A stretch of 64,000 nucleotides of DNA. It comes from Thermoproteota archaeon. GTDB lineage: Archaea; Korarchaeota; JAOZGF01; JAOZFZ01. The DNA lies in the NCBI GenBank assembly GCA_027492035.1, contig JAOZFT010000007.1, positions 27,195 to 91,194 of the forward strand. The letters run 5' to 3'. The number at the start of each line of letters is the position of its first letter. Position 1 is the first letter of the stretch. A program made the position numbers and the translations under genes. The notes under the pieces are model-generated. The model was not told the DNA's origin. It saw only the letters and a program-made list of their open reading frames with translations, and did not search any database. Below, piece by piece: positions 27,406 through 37,342 of this stretch.

Positions 27406-28437
27406 TTAAGGTTTGAAACCGTTAAGTATAGCTAAGTAGATCGTGTTAGCTGTTAAATCGGCTGTTGTTCCAGGGTTCAACTTCTTTTGTTTCAATTCTT
27501 CATCTAACTTCTCTATTTCCCTCCTTCCCTCTTTAGTTTTCAGTCCTCCGAGCTTAAGAATTTCCTTTGCCCTCTTACTTACCTCGATGGAGGTTTTTAA
27601 CCCCTTTTTTACAGCCTCCTTTATATCCCTCACGCCACTTCTCAAACCTACTTTTCTAGCAATGAAAGTGTCAGGGTGGGAAGCCAAAATTTTCAAGAAA
27701 GTGTGGACAGTTGCTGTGTTCACACTCCCTGTTTCATTTAAAACTTTAAAAAATGTTTTTAGCCCTGTTTGGAAAGAAATATTCATTTTTGAAACCCATT
27801 CACGGGAGATATTGTCCCATGAACTTGAAATCTCCATTACTTCATAGAGAGTCAATTTCTCCTTCATTATTTCTTCTTTAAAATTTTCTTTGTTTATATC
27901 TGGAGCTTTAACATTTACTAATTCACCTAGGGTAGTTGAAGAAACTTCATATATGCCTTGATAAACACTTATAGTATCTTCAACTGTGGTTGAAGACACT
28001 ATTTGGGAAAAGTTTTCCTTTAAATCAAGTAAACTTGCCCTTTTTAATGAGGAGCATATTCCAACAGCAGCTGTTAAGGGTATGAAAAGCAAAATTACTC
28101 CAAGATGAGTATTACCTCCCCTATGCCAACTTTTAACTTCTCTCAGTGACCTCAAAATCAGCTCCCCTACCTTAACGCTTCTAAGTTTCTTATTTTTAAT
28201 CCCTACTCTGTATCCCCTCAAAAAGGCCTCCTTCACAGCCGGGGCTAAAGCTATACTCCCAGCAATGAATTCCTCAAAAGTGGTATCTTTAAAATCACTT
28301 GTTCTGTGGATATTTCCAGGTTTTGGATAACCACTTACTTCCAAAGCTGCAGCTAACTGAGCAGCTAAAGCCACGTTTTGGCTGACTTTAGACAAGCTGC
28401 CGTCAAGAAATTTTTCGCACAGAAATAATTGTTTCAT
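27406..28437 (-). CDS. Triphosphoribosyl-dephospho-CoA synthase (CitG)-like protein
   Basis: 343 aa. LEVSGYPKPGNIHR and NPGTTADL motifs of the CitG/MdcB family. This family is recurrently linked to H4MPT biosynthesis genes in archaea and methylotrophs. Confidence 0.7.
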   Translation of the reverse strand: MKQLFLCEKFLDGSLSKVSQNVALAAQLAAALEVSGYPKPGNIHRTSDFKDTTFEEFIAGSIALAPAVKEAFLRGYRVGIKNKKLRSVKVGELILRSLREVKSWHRGGNTHLGVILLFIPLTAAVGICSSLKRASLLDLKENFSQIVSSTTVEDTISVYQGIYEVSSTTLGELVNVKAPDINKENFKEEIMKEKLTLYEVMEISSSWDNISREWVSKMNISFQTGLKTFFKVLNETGSVNTATVHTFLKILASHPDTFIARKVGLRSGVRDIKEAVKKGLKTSIEVSKRAKEILKLGGLKTKEGRREIEKLDEELKQKKLNPGTTADLTANTIYLAILNGFKP

Positions 28438-28524
28438 TTAAAATCCCTTTCTAAGTTTCTAGGTGGAGAAATATGCTTAAGCTTTAATAAAGCTTTAAAT
28501 ATGCCTCAACATGTTTGGGTTAAA

Positions 28525-28548
28525 AAGGTAGAGGTAAAGGTAGAGGTA
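28525..28548. repeat. Perfect tandem duplication of 12 bp (AAGGTAGAGGTA x2) in a divergent intergenic region
   Basis: Read directly from the sequence, between the citG-like start (28437, -) and the CPBP-protease start (28662, +). Confidence 0.4.
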
Positions 28549-28661
28549 CCCTTAATTTTTCTGAAAAAAGTTTCTTTAAATTTATTGAAGGTTTCTGAAG
28601 GTGAAAAAATAAAAAACTGGTTATTCTTGAAGTAGTGAAGCAGTGTAAAGGATGAAAATAA

Positions 28662-29441
28662 ATGACTGAGACCAAAGGTGGAAATGAAGTATTAGGTAAT
28701 GGAAAACTAGTTTTTTATGCTTTTTTAGTGTTTATAGGTGCAATGGTTTTACAAGGCTTACTTGAAGGTTTATTGATTATATCTTACGCTTACTTACAAG
28801 GTTTAAATATCTTAACTCACACCGAAGAACTTTTTAATGTTTTGAAGAAGTTAATGAAAGTCTTAGTTTTAATTACAGATTTTGTTTTTATCTTTTCCTC
28901 ATTGATGGTTTTCAGAAGAATTTATAATCCGAAAGTGAAATTATTTCCTGAGAAAAAAACTAAATTACTTCTTGGTTTAGTGGCTGCTTTTCTAGGTTTT
29001 CTCTCCGCCGTGCTGGTTACTTACCTCTTCGCTTTCATTCTTAAATTTAAGGTTCCAAAGTGGTTTGTAGAAGTTTCTAAGCCGGTAGATTTGCCAGATT
29101 TCATTTGCTGGCTTGGTATTATTTGGTTAACTGTTGGACCAGCTGAGGAACTTTTCTTTAGAGGAGTTATTCAAGAATATTTTACTAAATGGGGAGGTGA
29201 AGTCTCAGGAATTATTTTCTCGTCCCTATTCTTTGCTTTAGCCCATACACAGTTTAATTTATGGGTTAGGTTCCCTGGCCCGTTTGTTACTAGTCTAGTT
29301 TACAGTTACTTCTATACTAAAACAAAAAGTTTAGCTCCTGTTTGGTTAGCTCATTCTTTACATGACACCATTGCTTACGCTTTGCTCTTTTTTACCTCGG
29401 TTGATCCTATTAAAATCTTAAATGTTCTTTTCTCTGCTTAG
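28662..29441 (+). CDS. CPBP-family (CAAX-type) intramembrane glutamic endopeptidase
   Basis: 259 aa, polytopic. Motifs: PAEELFFRGVIQ, FALAH, AHSLHD. Confidence 0.75.
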   Translation: MTETKGGNEVLGNGKLVFYAFLVFIGAMVLQGLLEGLLIISYAYLQGLNILTHTEELFNVLKKLMKVLVLITDFVFIFSSLMVFRRIYNPKVKLFPEKKTKLLLGLVAAFLGFLSAVLVTYLFAFILKFKVPKWFVEVSKPVDLPDFICWLGIIWLTVGPAEELFFRGVIQEYFTKWGGEVSGIIFSSLFFALAHTQFNLWVRFPGPFVTSLVYSYFYTKTKSLAPVWLAHSLHDTIAYALLFFTSVDPIKILNVLFSA

Positions 29442-30975
29442 GGTTCCTGTTAGGTCTTATCCCCCCCATCATTAAACCTATTTCCTCTATCGTAAATTCT
29501 TCCGGCTTTCCAATCCCTAAAAATTCTCCTTCATACATTACAGCTACTCTACTGCTTAATTCTAAGGCTTCCTCTAGATCTGCTGAAACAAGCAGTATTG
29601 CTTTTCCTTGATCCCTCATTTTAAGCAGCAACTCTCTTATGTAAAGAGTTGAAGCTATATCTAACCCCCTTGTTGGGTGAGCTGCAATAATTAAGGATGG
29701 TTCTTTGCTTAACTCTCTACCCACTATTAATTTCTGCTGATTCCCACCACTTAGGCTTCGTGCAGGTATTTTCAAGCTTGTGGTTACTACATTAAATTTT
29801 TTAATCATTTCTTTCGCGAAGTTCGTTATAGCTGACCAGTTTAATTTGCCCAGTGCCTGCGTAAACCTGGGTTCAAATTGTCTACCTAACACGCTGTTCT
29901 CTAAAATTGTGAAGTCAAGCACTAACCCATACTTTTGTCTGTCCTCAGGAATGTTTGAAACACCTTGACTGTAGATAAACTTGGGATCTGGTTTCTCTAT
30001 TTTTCTCCCATTAAGGAATATCTCTCCGGTTTCAGCTGGTCTGAGACCTGTAAGAGCCTGTAAAAGTTCTGTTTGGCCATTTCCCTCTACCCCTACTACA
30101 CCAAAGATTTCCCTTTCTTTAACTTCAAACGAAACACCTTTAACAGCTGGTCTCCCGCTGTCATCCAAAACTGTTAAGTTTTTAACTATAAGAACAGGTT
30201 TCCCCACTTCAATTCTTTCTTTCCTTATTTTCAATTCTATTTCTTCCCCAACCATCATTTTTGCAAGTTCTTCAGGTGTTGCCTTGCTTGTTTCTATTCT
30301 TCCAGTAACCTTTCCTTGCCTGAGAACAGTTACTCTATCTGTTACTTCGATAGCTTCCTTTAGTTTATGGGTTATAAAAACGATGGATTTCCCTTTTTCA
30401 CGCATACTTTTCAGAACTTTAAAGAGTTCTTTGACTTCAAGAGGAGTTAGAAAGGAAGTCGGTTCATCTAGTATCAACACGTTAGCGCCCTTGTAAAGGA
30501 GTTTAAGGATTTCAACCCTTTGTTGCACACCTAAAGGAAGTTTTTCCACTGGAGTATTCGGGGGAACTTTAAGCCCTGTTTCATTCATTAAGCGTTGAAA
30601 TATCTTTTCAGCCTTTTTGAGGTTTAATGTTGAGAAAGGAATCAATAACCCTTTGCCTTTTCTCTCTAACCCAAGTATAAGGTTTTCTACGGGTGTGTAC
30701 ATTGGTACCAGTGAGAAATGTTGGTGAACCATTCCTATTCCGAGTTTTAAGGCATCAGAAGGGTTTTTAAAATCAACCTTCTCTCCATTAATAAATATTT
30801 CTCCTGCAGTGGGTCTAAGCAACCCCGAAAGAATTTTCATAAGGGTTGTTTTACCCGCCCCATTTTCACCCAATAAACCCACAATTTCACTTTCCCCTAC
30901 ACTAAAATTCACACCTTTAAGAGCCACTGTACCGTCAGGGTAAATTTTCTTTATACCTCTCATTTCAATTTTCAT
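29410..30975 (-). CDS. ABC transporter ATP-binding protein with duplicated ATPase domains (BMP/nucleoside-sugar type)
   Basis: 521 aa. Walker A GENGAGKTT, signature-like LPLGVQQRVEI, Walker B LILDEPT. The second half has GVEGNGQTELL and LSGGNQQK. Divergent from the two permease genes. Confidence 0.9.
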   Translation of the reverse strand: MKIEMRGIKKIYPDGTVALKGVNFSVGESEIVGLLGENGAGKTTLMKILSGLLRPTAGEIFINGEKVDFKNPSDALKLGIGMVHQHFSLVPMYTPVENLILGLERKGKGLLIPFSTLNLKKAEKIFQRLMNETGLKVPPNTPVEKLPLGVQQRVEILKLLYKGANVLILDEPTSFLTPLEVKELFKVLKSMREKGKSIVFITHKLKEAIEVTDRVTVLRQGKVTGRIETSKATPEELAKMMVGEEIELKIRKERIEVGKPVLIVKNLTVLDDSGRPAVKGVSFEVKEREIFGVVGVEGNGQTELLQALTGLRPAETGEIFLNGRKIEKPDPKFIYSQGVSNIPEDRQKYGLVLDFTILENSVLGRQFEPRFTQALGKLNWSAITNFAKEMIKKFNVVTTSLKIPARSLSGGNQQKLIVGRELSKEPSLIIAAHPTRGLDIASTLYIRELLLKMRDQGKAILLVSADLEEALELSSRVAVMYEGEFLGIGKPEEFTIEEIGLMMGGIRPNRNPKQRKEHLRF

Positions 30976-31134
30976 ACTTCCTTAAACCTCACTGAAAAAA
31001 AAGAAAGATGTGGAGTCTGCTCGAGAAAAATCGGGACCTTTTTTAAAGTGAACAGTGAGTAACCATTAAGAAAATTTTTAAAACTTTTGTGGTTTTGATA
31101 ACTAAATTCCTTAAAAAAGAGAGGGAGGGTAAAT

Positions 31135-32178
31135 GTGAAAGAGTATAATCCGTTACTGCTTTCAATCGGACAATCCATTCTTGCAATTGCAATAGGTTTG
31201 TTGATAGGAAGTGCATTGATTGCTTTTTTTGGTTACGACCCTTTGAAGGCTTTTATAATGCTTTTTAAGGGTGCTTTCGGAGGACTGTCTGAAACCCTTG
31301 AAACCCTTGCATATTCTGTTCCGTTCATGCTCACAGCTATACCCTTCGCAATAGGCATGCAAGCAGGCCTTTTTAACATAGGAGCTGAAGGACAAATGTA
31401 CTTGGGAGCTGTAGCTGCTGTTGCAGTCGGAGGAGCTCTTTCTTTGCCTCCTTACATTCACTTAATTTGTGCAACAGTTTTTTCAATGGTTGCCGGTGCA
31501 TTGTGGGCTTATCCAGCTGCGGTTTTAAAAATTAAAAGGGGAGTTCATGAAGTTATTTCAACAATAATGCTTAATTGGATAGCCTTCTATCTCTCAATTT
31601 ATTTGATAGTTTACCATTTAGCACAACCCGGAAGAGCTGAGAGAAGCTTACCTATTCTCCCAACATCAAGGTATGCTGTTTTATATTCTGGTTCCACACT
31701 TACCACCGTCATATTTGTAGCTGTTGGTTTCTGCATCCTCCTTCATTTCTTCCTTAAGGGAACAAGGATAGGGTATGAAATGAGAGCAGCTGGCTCAAAC
31801 CCTGACGCCGCCAGATACGCAGGCATAAACATTAACAAAGTCATAATACTCAGTTTTATCATTGGAGGCATGGCTTCAGGCTTGGCTGGTGCAAGTCAAA
31901 TACTTGGCAGGCCACCTGCGTGGGCTCTCTACGCAACTCTTGGAAACATAGTGAACATAGGTTTTGACGGAATAGGAGTGGCGTTAATAGGTAGGAATAA
32001 TCCAATTGGAGGAATATTTGCTGCTATTTTTTATGGTGCCCTTTTAAATGGAGGGAGGTCTATGGAGTATTACGTAGGTGTACCATCCGAACTTGTCCGT
32101 GCAGTAAACGGTTTAATAGTGTTAGCTCTTGCATCACCAGAAATAATAAGTATTGTAAGGAGGAAGATTAAGAAATGA
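31135..32178 (+). CDS. ABC transporter permease (BMP/simple-sugar type)
   Basis: 347 aa, about 9 TM segments. [13 protein letters not shown] motif typical of this permease family. Confidence 0.85.
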   Translation: MKEYNPLLLSIGQSILAIAIGLLIGSALIAFFGYDPLKAFIMLFKGAFGGLSETLETLAYSVPFMLTAIPFAIGMQAGLFNIGAEGQMYLGAVAAVAVGGALSLPPYIHLICATVFSMVAGALWAYPAAVLKIKRGVHEVISTIMLNWIAFYLSIYLIVYHLAQPGRAERSLPILPTSRYAVLYSGSTLTTVIFVAVGFCILLHFFLKGTRIGYEMRAAGSNPDAARYAGININKVIILSFIIGGMASGLAGASQILGRPPAWALYATLGNIVNIGFDGIGVALIGRNNPIGGIFAAIFYGALLNGGRSMEYYVGVPSELVRAVNGLIVLALASPEIISIVRRKIKK

Positions 32179-33161
32179 GAAATGTGAAAGTTAAAACCTG
32201 GGCAAAAGCAGCTTCTCTAATAATTTTCTTTGCAGTTTTCTATTTGATCCTTAAAATTTTCAATCTTAAACCTGTATCGTTGCTTGAAGCGGGACTCTTA
32301 GCCATGACCCCTTTAACTTTTGCAGCTGTTGGTGAATCAATAAATGAGAAAGCAGGCCTTGTAAACATCGGAATAGAGGGAATATTTCTGATTTCAGCTG
32401 TTGCAGGAGTTTTTGGGGCTGAAGTTTTCAATAACGGCTATGCTGGTTTGTTAGTGGGTTTGTTAGCCGGAGCTTTTATAGGTTTGATTTTAGGGGTAGT
32501 AAGTGTTTATTTGAAAGCAGATCAAATCATAGCCGGGATGGGGATAAACATCTTTGCCCTTGGAATGGTTTCTTTTCTTTTAATGGTTCTTTGGGCTTTT
32601 CCAGGTATACATGTGTTTCCGAAAGAGTTAATGGTCCCCTCATTTTACACAGTGATTGGCAGAGTGAGTCCTGTTACAGTATTAGCTATTATAACTGCTT
32701 TCGCTGGTCATTTTTTTCTTTATAAAACGGTTTTGGGTTTCAGAATAAGGGCGGCAGGTGAAGAACCTGAAGCAGTTGATATAGCGGGAGTGAGAGTAGA
32801 CAGGATAAGAATTTTTACTTCTGTTTTAGGGGGTGCACTGGCGGGAGTAGGAGGGGCTTTTATGCCACTTTGCTGGTTCGGTGCACTTGTAAAAGAGGTT
32901 TCGGCAGGAAGAGGTTTCATAGCTCTTGCATGTGTAGTTTTTGCAGGGTTAGAGCCTCTATTATCACTAGTTGCAGCTTTTATATTTGGTTTTAGTGAAG
33001 GATTAGCTTACTCTACTGCAATCACCCCAGGAGTAAAAGAAGTAGTACCTTTCTACTTTGTCCAAATGATCCCTTACATAACAACTTTAGCTGTTGTGAC
33101 AGTAACAATAGGCAGAAAAAGATTTCCCAAAGCGATAGGGAAGCCTTACTCTAGAGAGTAA
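32175..33161 (+). CDS. ABC transporter permease (second subunit)
   Basis: 328 aa. [13 protein letters not shown] motif. 4-nt ATGA overlap with the upstream permease gene. Confidence 0.85.
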   Translation: MRNVKVKTWAKAASLIIFFAVFYLILKIFNLKPVSLLEAGLLAMTPLTFAAVGESINEKAGLVNIGIEGIFLISAVAGVFGAEVFNNGYAGLLVGLLAGAFIGLILGVVSVYLKADQIIAGMGINIFALGMVSFLLMVLWAFPGIHVFPKELMVPSFYTVIGRVSPVTVLAIITAFAGHFFLYKTVLGFRIRAAGEEPEAVDIAGVRVDRIRIFTSVLGGALAGVGGAFMPLCWFGALVKEVSAGRGFIALACVVFAGLEPLLSLVAAFIFGFSEGLAYSTAITPGVKEVVPFYFVQMIPYITTLAVVTVTIGRKRFPKAIGKPYSRE

Positions 33162-33315
33162 ATGCCTTTTTTCAAAGGCGACTTGTTACACCTTACTTAA
33201 GCTGAGAATATTAAATTTTGGCATTCACTCAAAAATTAGTTAAAGTGGAAAACTTTATAAATGCGGGAGGACGCAAAGAAATTAAGGCACCTTCTTTTAG
33301 AAGTGAAGGGAGGAG

Positions 33316-34689
33316 ATGTTTTTGCATCTATTAAGAAGTTTCAAGGTTTCGCTTGCATTCTCAGCTATAGCCCTTCTTTTGTTAGCCGGCTGCCTAGGTC
33401 AACCAACGCCCACGGCCACACCTGCACCTACAGCAACACCTACCGCAACCGTAACCCCTACGGCAACCCCCACACCTAAACCGAAACCCATCAAAATAGC
33501 AGTTGTGTCAGATATAGGAGGAAGAGGAGATTTAAGTTTTAATGACATGGCCTTTAAAGGAGGAGAAGAAGCAGAGAAAGATTTTGGAGTCAAAATGGTT
33601 GAGTTAATAAGTAAAGTTGAAGCTGACTATATTCCAAACTTAAGGACAGCTGCAAAAGACCCTGACGTAAAATTGATAGTTGGAGTAGGTTTCTTATTAA
33701 GTGATGCATTAGCAGAAGTTGCAAGAGAATACCCAGATAAAAACTTCGTTGGCATAGACACTTACGCACAGTCTATAATAAAGGATAAGTACCCAGGTGA
33801 GTATCCCCTACCCAATTTAATGGACATATCCTTTGAAGAACACAAAGGAAGCGCCTTAGTAGGAGCATTAGCAGCTTTATTGGCAATACACTACAACAAG
33901 CCACATGTAGGGGTAGTTTTGGGAATAGAAATACCTGTCCTGTGGAAATTCGAAATAGGGTACAAGTGGGGAGTAGATTGGGGCATAAAATGGTATGAAC
34001 AGAAATTCGGTAAAAAAGCGCCAGGAATAGGGCAGGTACCAGTTAAATCAAGAGTGTTATGGACATACACAGGCACATTCAGTGACATAACAAAAGGGTA
34101 TCTGGCATCAAAGGACATGTATGCAAAAGATGCAGTAGCCGTATACAATGTTGCAGGCCCACTAGGTTTAGGGATTAATCAAGCCGTGGAAGAAATAGCT
34201 GCAGAGAAAAACCTTACAATGGGGCCACCGTTCTGGATTGGAGTAGATGCGGATCAAGACTGGATAAATCCAGGCTTCGTAATCGCTAGCATGATGAAAA
34301 GAGTTGACAGAGGGGTATACTACGCCACTAAATTACTTATGGAAAATAAATTCAGAGAGGTAGTCAATGAGACTTCAGGTGTAATGGTGCTTGGAATAGG
34401 AACAAAAGTCGCTGGAATTCCCATGGAAGGAATTTCCGTTAGTACATTAACTGACTTGGATGAATTCATTCAAATGGGTGTAAACGCAGAGAAGCTAACT
34501 GGCAAAAAAGTTTTACCTGCCACACCTGACGAAATAAAGAGTAAAGTTAAAGCTATGCGTGAATCTGTTCCATCATGGATTTGGGATGCGGTTTCAGAGC
34601 TTGAATCAAAAATAAGAAGTGGTGAAGTGGAAGTACCAATGGTTATGACTAAGGACCTAGTTGACCACTGGAGAGGCATACTTGGCTAA
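33316..34689 (+). CDS. BMP-family (PnrA/Med-like) ABC substrate-binding lipoprotein
   Basis: 457 aa. Lipobox LLLAGC followed by the linker TPTATPAPTATPTATVTPTATPTPKPKP, then KIAVVSDIGGRGDLSFNDMAFKGGEEA, typical of the BMP family. Confidence 0.85.
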   Translation: MFLHLLRSFKVSLAFSAIALLLLAGCLGQPTPTATPAPTATPTATVTPTATPTPKPKPIKIAVVSDIGGRGDLSFNDMAFKGGEEAEKDFGVKMVELISKVEADYIPNLRTAAKDPDVKLIVGVGFLLSDALAEVAREYPDKNFVGIDTYAQSIIKDKYPGEYPLPNLMDISFEEHKGSALVGALAALLAIHYNKPHVGVVLGIEIPVLWKFEIGYKWGVDWGIKWYEQKFGKKAPGIGQVPVKSRVLWTYTGTFSDITKGYLASKDMYAKDAVAVYNVAGPLGLGINQAVEEIAAEKNLTMGPPFWIGVDADQDWINPGFVIASMMKRVDRGVYYATKLLMENKFREVVNETSGVMVLGIGTKVAGIPMEGISVSTLTDLDEFIQMGVNAEKLTGKKVLPATPDEIKSKVKAMRESVPSWIWDAVSELESKIRSGEVEVPMVMTKDLVDHWRGILG

Positions 34690-34978
34690 ACCTACCCCTT
34701 TCCTTTTTCTTAAAAAGTTTCAATGAAGACCAAACACTGTTTCTAAAAAGCCCATAAAGCAAATTTAATCCCTCTACAGAATCATATAAAACAAATGTAG
34801 TTACCATATAAACTAGGCTCAGAAATATAAGAAATTGGGCTGTAAATGGAGAAGCAAAAGACAGAAACCTAACGTGAATTTAAAGAAAACGAAAGATTTT
34901 TAAAGAAAAATGTACAAGCCTAAACTTTATTAGTAAACTTTTAACTTGAATATTTTTAACTTTGTAAGGTGAAAAATT

Positions 34979-35728
34979 TTGTTAATGAACTCGTCAAAGG
35001 AAGGAAGTGCTAAGTCTAGGTTAATAGCTTTTTTGGCTATTTCAACAGCATTAGTTGCTGCAGCAACAATGGTTTTTCAGTTATATATACCCTCCACCAG
35101 AGGATATTTCAACATTGGTGAAGTTATGGTTTACACAACCGCCTTGCTTTTTGGACCCTTTATAGGAGGGTTCGCCGGAGGGGTGGGGTCTGCTTTAGCT
35201 GATGTTTTCACTGGTTACTTCGTTTATGCACCTGCAACTTTAGTTATTAAGGGTGTTGAGGGGTTTCTTGTTGGTTTTTTAACTACCCAAAACATCCCAG
35301 GGAGCAGGAAGAAATGGTTCATGTTTACTTTCCTTCTAGCCTTGATTGTTTCATTAATTACTTATTTTGTAGGAGTTAACTTCTATGTGGGAGCTGCAGA
35401 GTTTTCTATTGGTTTATTTAGTGCTCAAACCACGTTATCAATTTTCATTCCTGAAGTTTTCTGGGTTGTTCTTTCTGTGGTTTTGTTTTTGGTCATTGTA
35501 GTTGCAGGTTTTTTGGTGGAGCCGCAAATAGGTTGGGTTGTTTTTTCAGTGGTTATAGGGGGGGTTGAAATGGTGCTTGGTTATTTTTTGTATGAGCAGT
35601 TTGTTCTGGGTTACTATGCTTTTCTGGAGGTTCCATTTAACATAGCTCAGGCAGTAATTGGCTTAATAATTTCTATACCTCTATATAAGATCGTTAAAAA
35701 AGTAACTGAGGGAAGGGTCTCTCTTTAA
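34979..35728 (+). CDS. ECF-transporter S-component-like membrane protein (orphan)
   Basis: 249 aa, 6 TM segments. FGPFIGGFAGGVGSALADVFTGYFVYAPATLVIKGVEGFLVGF resembles the ECF_trnsprt (PF12822-type) core. No EcfA/T genes are adjacent. Confidence 0.6.
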   Translation: MLMNSSKEGSAKSRLIAFLAISTALVAAATMVFQLYIPSTRGYFNIGEVMVYTTALLFGPFIGGFAGGVGSALADVFTGYFVYAPATLVIKGVEGFLVGFLTTQNIPGSRKKWFMFTFLLALIVSLITYFVGVNFYVGAAEFSIGLFSAQTTLSIFIPEVFWVVLSVVLFLVIVVAGFLVEPQIGWVVFSVVIGGVEMVLGYFLYEQFVLGYYAFLEVPFNIAQAVIGLIISIPLYKIVKKVTEGRVSL

Positions 35729-35849
35729 ACCTAGAATTCCTTATTTTTATAAATTAAAGAAACAGAAATTTCAGGGTATTTGGGTTTAAGTGAGTCTTTT
35801 AAAAGGCAACTTTACACAGTTCAAGATTTAAGTTCGGCAGGAGGTTTTT

Positions 35850-37277
35850 TTGAAAAATAACGGAGATGTTTTGAAACTTCAATGTTTAAAATGTGGAAGG
35901 GAATACCCCCTATTTCCTCCTAGGCATAAATGCGCTAAATGCGGTGGTTTATTAGAATATGTTTACGATTACTCTGAGTTGAGAGATAAACTTTTTTTTG
36001 AAGGCCCTCTTTCCCAGTGGAGGTATAGAAGTGTTTTTCCTCCTATTAATGAAAATAGAGTAGTTAGTTTAGGTGAGGGAGGTACTCCTCTCCAGCACTC
36101 AAAACGTTTAGCGGAGAAAATAGGCTTAGAAAACTTATTTTTTAAAGATGAAACTAGGAACCCAACTTACTCATTTAGGGACCGCTGCGCCTCGGTTATG
36201 GTTTCAAATGCTTTAGATCTTTCCTATTTCTCTGTTTTATGCGCTTCTAATGGTAATTTAGGTGCGTCTATTGCAGCTTACTCGTCAAAAGCTGGTTTAG
36301 AATGTCATGTAGTTGTTCCAGCGGAAGTGGATGAAGGTAAACTTGCTCAAATGATGATTTATGAAGTTGACCTTATAAGGGGCGGATGGACGATAGAAGA
36401 GGCTATTAAAAAGGCTGCTCAGGTAGAGAGTGAAACAGGCTGGTATCAGGCAACTGCTGACTTAAATCCATTAGTTATAGAAGCCCAAAAGGTTATCTCT
36501 TACGAAATTTATGAGCAAGGCATTTCACCTGATTTCTTGGTTGTGCCTGTGGGAAGCGGTGGCACTATTTACTCTGTTTGGAAGGGGTTTAATGAACTTA
36601 AGGAGATGGGTTTAATTGATTCAGTTCCTAAGATGGTTTGTGTTCAACCTGAAGCCTGTTCACCTGTTGTTGCTGCTTACAATAAGAAACCTGTGAAAGT
36701 CGAAAACAGGGTTAAGCCTAGAACTGTGGTTTTAGCTGTGTTAGTATCTAATCCTGTTTATGGAGAGAAAGCTTTATTAGCTGTAGAGAAGTCAGGAGGT
36801 TCAGCTATCTCGGTTTCTGACTACGAGGTTTTGAAGGCTCAAAGGGAGTTAGCTGTTTTTGAAGGTTTATTTGTTGAACCTGCAAGTGCATCTACAATAG
36901 CAGCTGTCAAAAAACTCGTAATTCAGGGGGTGATAAATAAGAAAGAAAAGGTTGTTTGTTTATTAACTGGCAGCGGCTTAAAAGCACCCCATATACTGGA
37001 GGAGTTATCTAGAAGGAAAAGACTCGAAGGATTTGAAACAGAAACTGGTGCTAAAGAGGAAATATTGAAAATTTTAAGGGAGGAACCTAGCTATGGGTAT
37101 TTGATTTGGAAAAAAATGGGAAAGAGGATAACTCTTCAAGCAGTTTACCAACACTTAAACCAACTGGGAAGGAAAGGGTTTTTAACAAGCTACAGCATGA
37201 ATGGGAGAAAGTATTTTAGAATCACAACGAAGGGAAGAAAGGCTTTGAAAGCTCTTGAGGGATTAAAAGGTATCTAA
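35850..37277 (+). CDS. Threonine-synthase-like fold-type-II PLP domain protein lacking the Schiff-base Lys, with an N-terminal Zn ribbon and a C-terminal PadR-like winged helix
   Basis: 475 aa. CLKCG...CAKCGG ribbon. ThrC-like body (GEGGTPL, VPVGSGGT, LLTGSGLK). The invariant NPTGSFKDRG reads NPTYSFRDRC (Arg110, AGG at 36177-36179). The tail is YGYLIWKKMGKRITLQAVYQHLNQLGRKGFLTSYSMNGRKYFRITTKGRKAL. Confidence 0.75.
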   Translation: MKNNGDVLKLQCLKCGREYPLFPPRHKCAKCGGLLEYVYDYSELRDKLFFEGPLSQWRYRSVFPPINENRVVSLGEGGTPLQHSKRLAEKIGLENLFFKDETRNPTYSFRDRCASVMVSNALDLSYFSVLCASNGNLGASIAAYSSKAGLECHVVVPAEVDEGKLAQMMIYEVDLIRGGWTIEEAIKKAAQVESETGWYQATADLNPLVIEAQKVISYEIYEQGISPDFLVVPVGSGGTIYSVWKGFNELKEMGLIDSVPKMVCVQPEACSPVVAAYNKKPVKVENRVKPRTVVLAVLVSNPVYGEKALLAVEKSGGSAISVSDYEVLKAQRELAVFEGLFVEPASASTIAAVKKLVIQGVINKKEKVVCLLTGSGLKAPHILEELSRRKRLEGFETETGAKEEILKILREEPSYGYLIWKKMGKRITLQAVYQHLNQLGRKGFLTSYSMNGRKYFRITTKGRKALKALEGLKGI

Positions 37278-37342
37278 AAACCTTGTTTTAAATTATTTCC
37301 TCTTTCAAAAGGTTTCAACCTTTTTTTTAAATAAAGACTGTT

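Noticed and set aside
28429-28635. 68-aa ORF in the citG-like/CPBP intergenic region
   Set aside because: It has no motif and no RBS, it spans the 12-bp tandem duplication, and it begins inside the citG-like start region. It is more likely non-coding promoter DNA.
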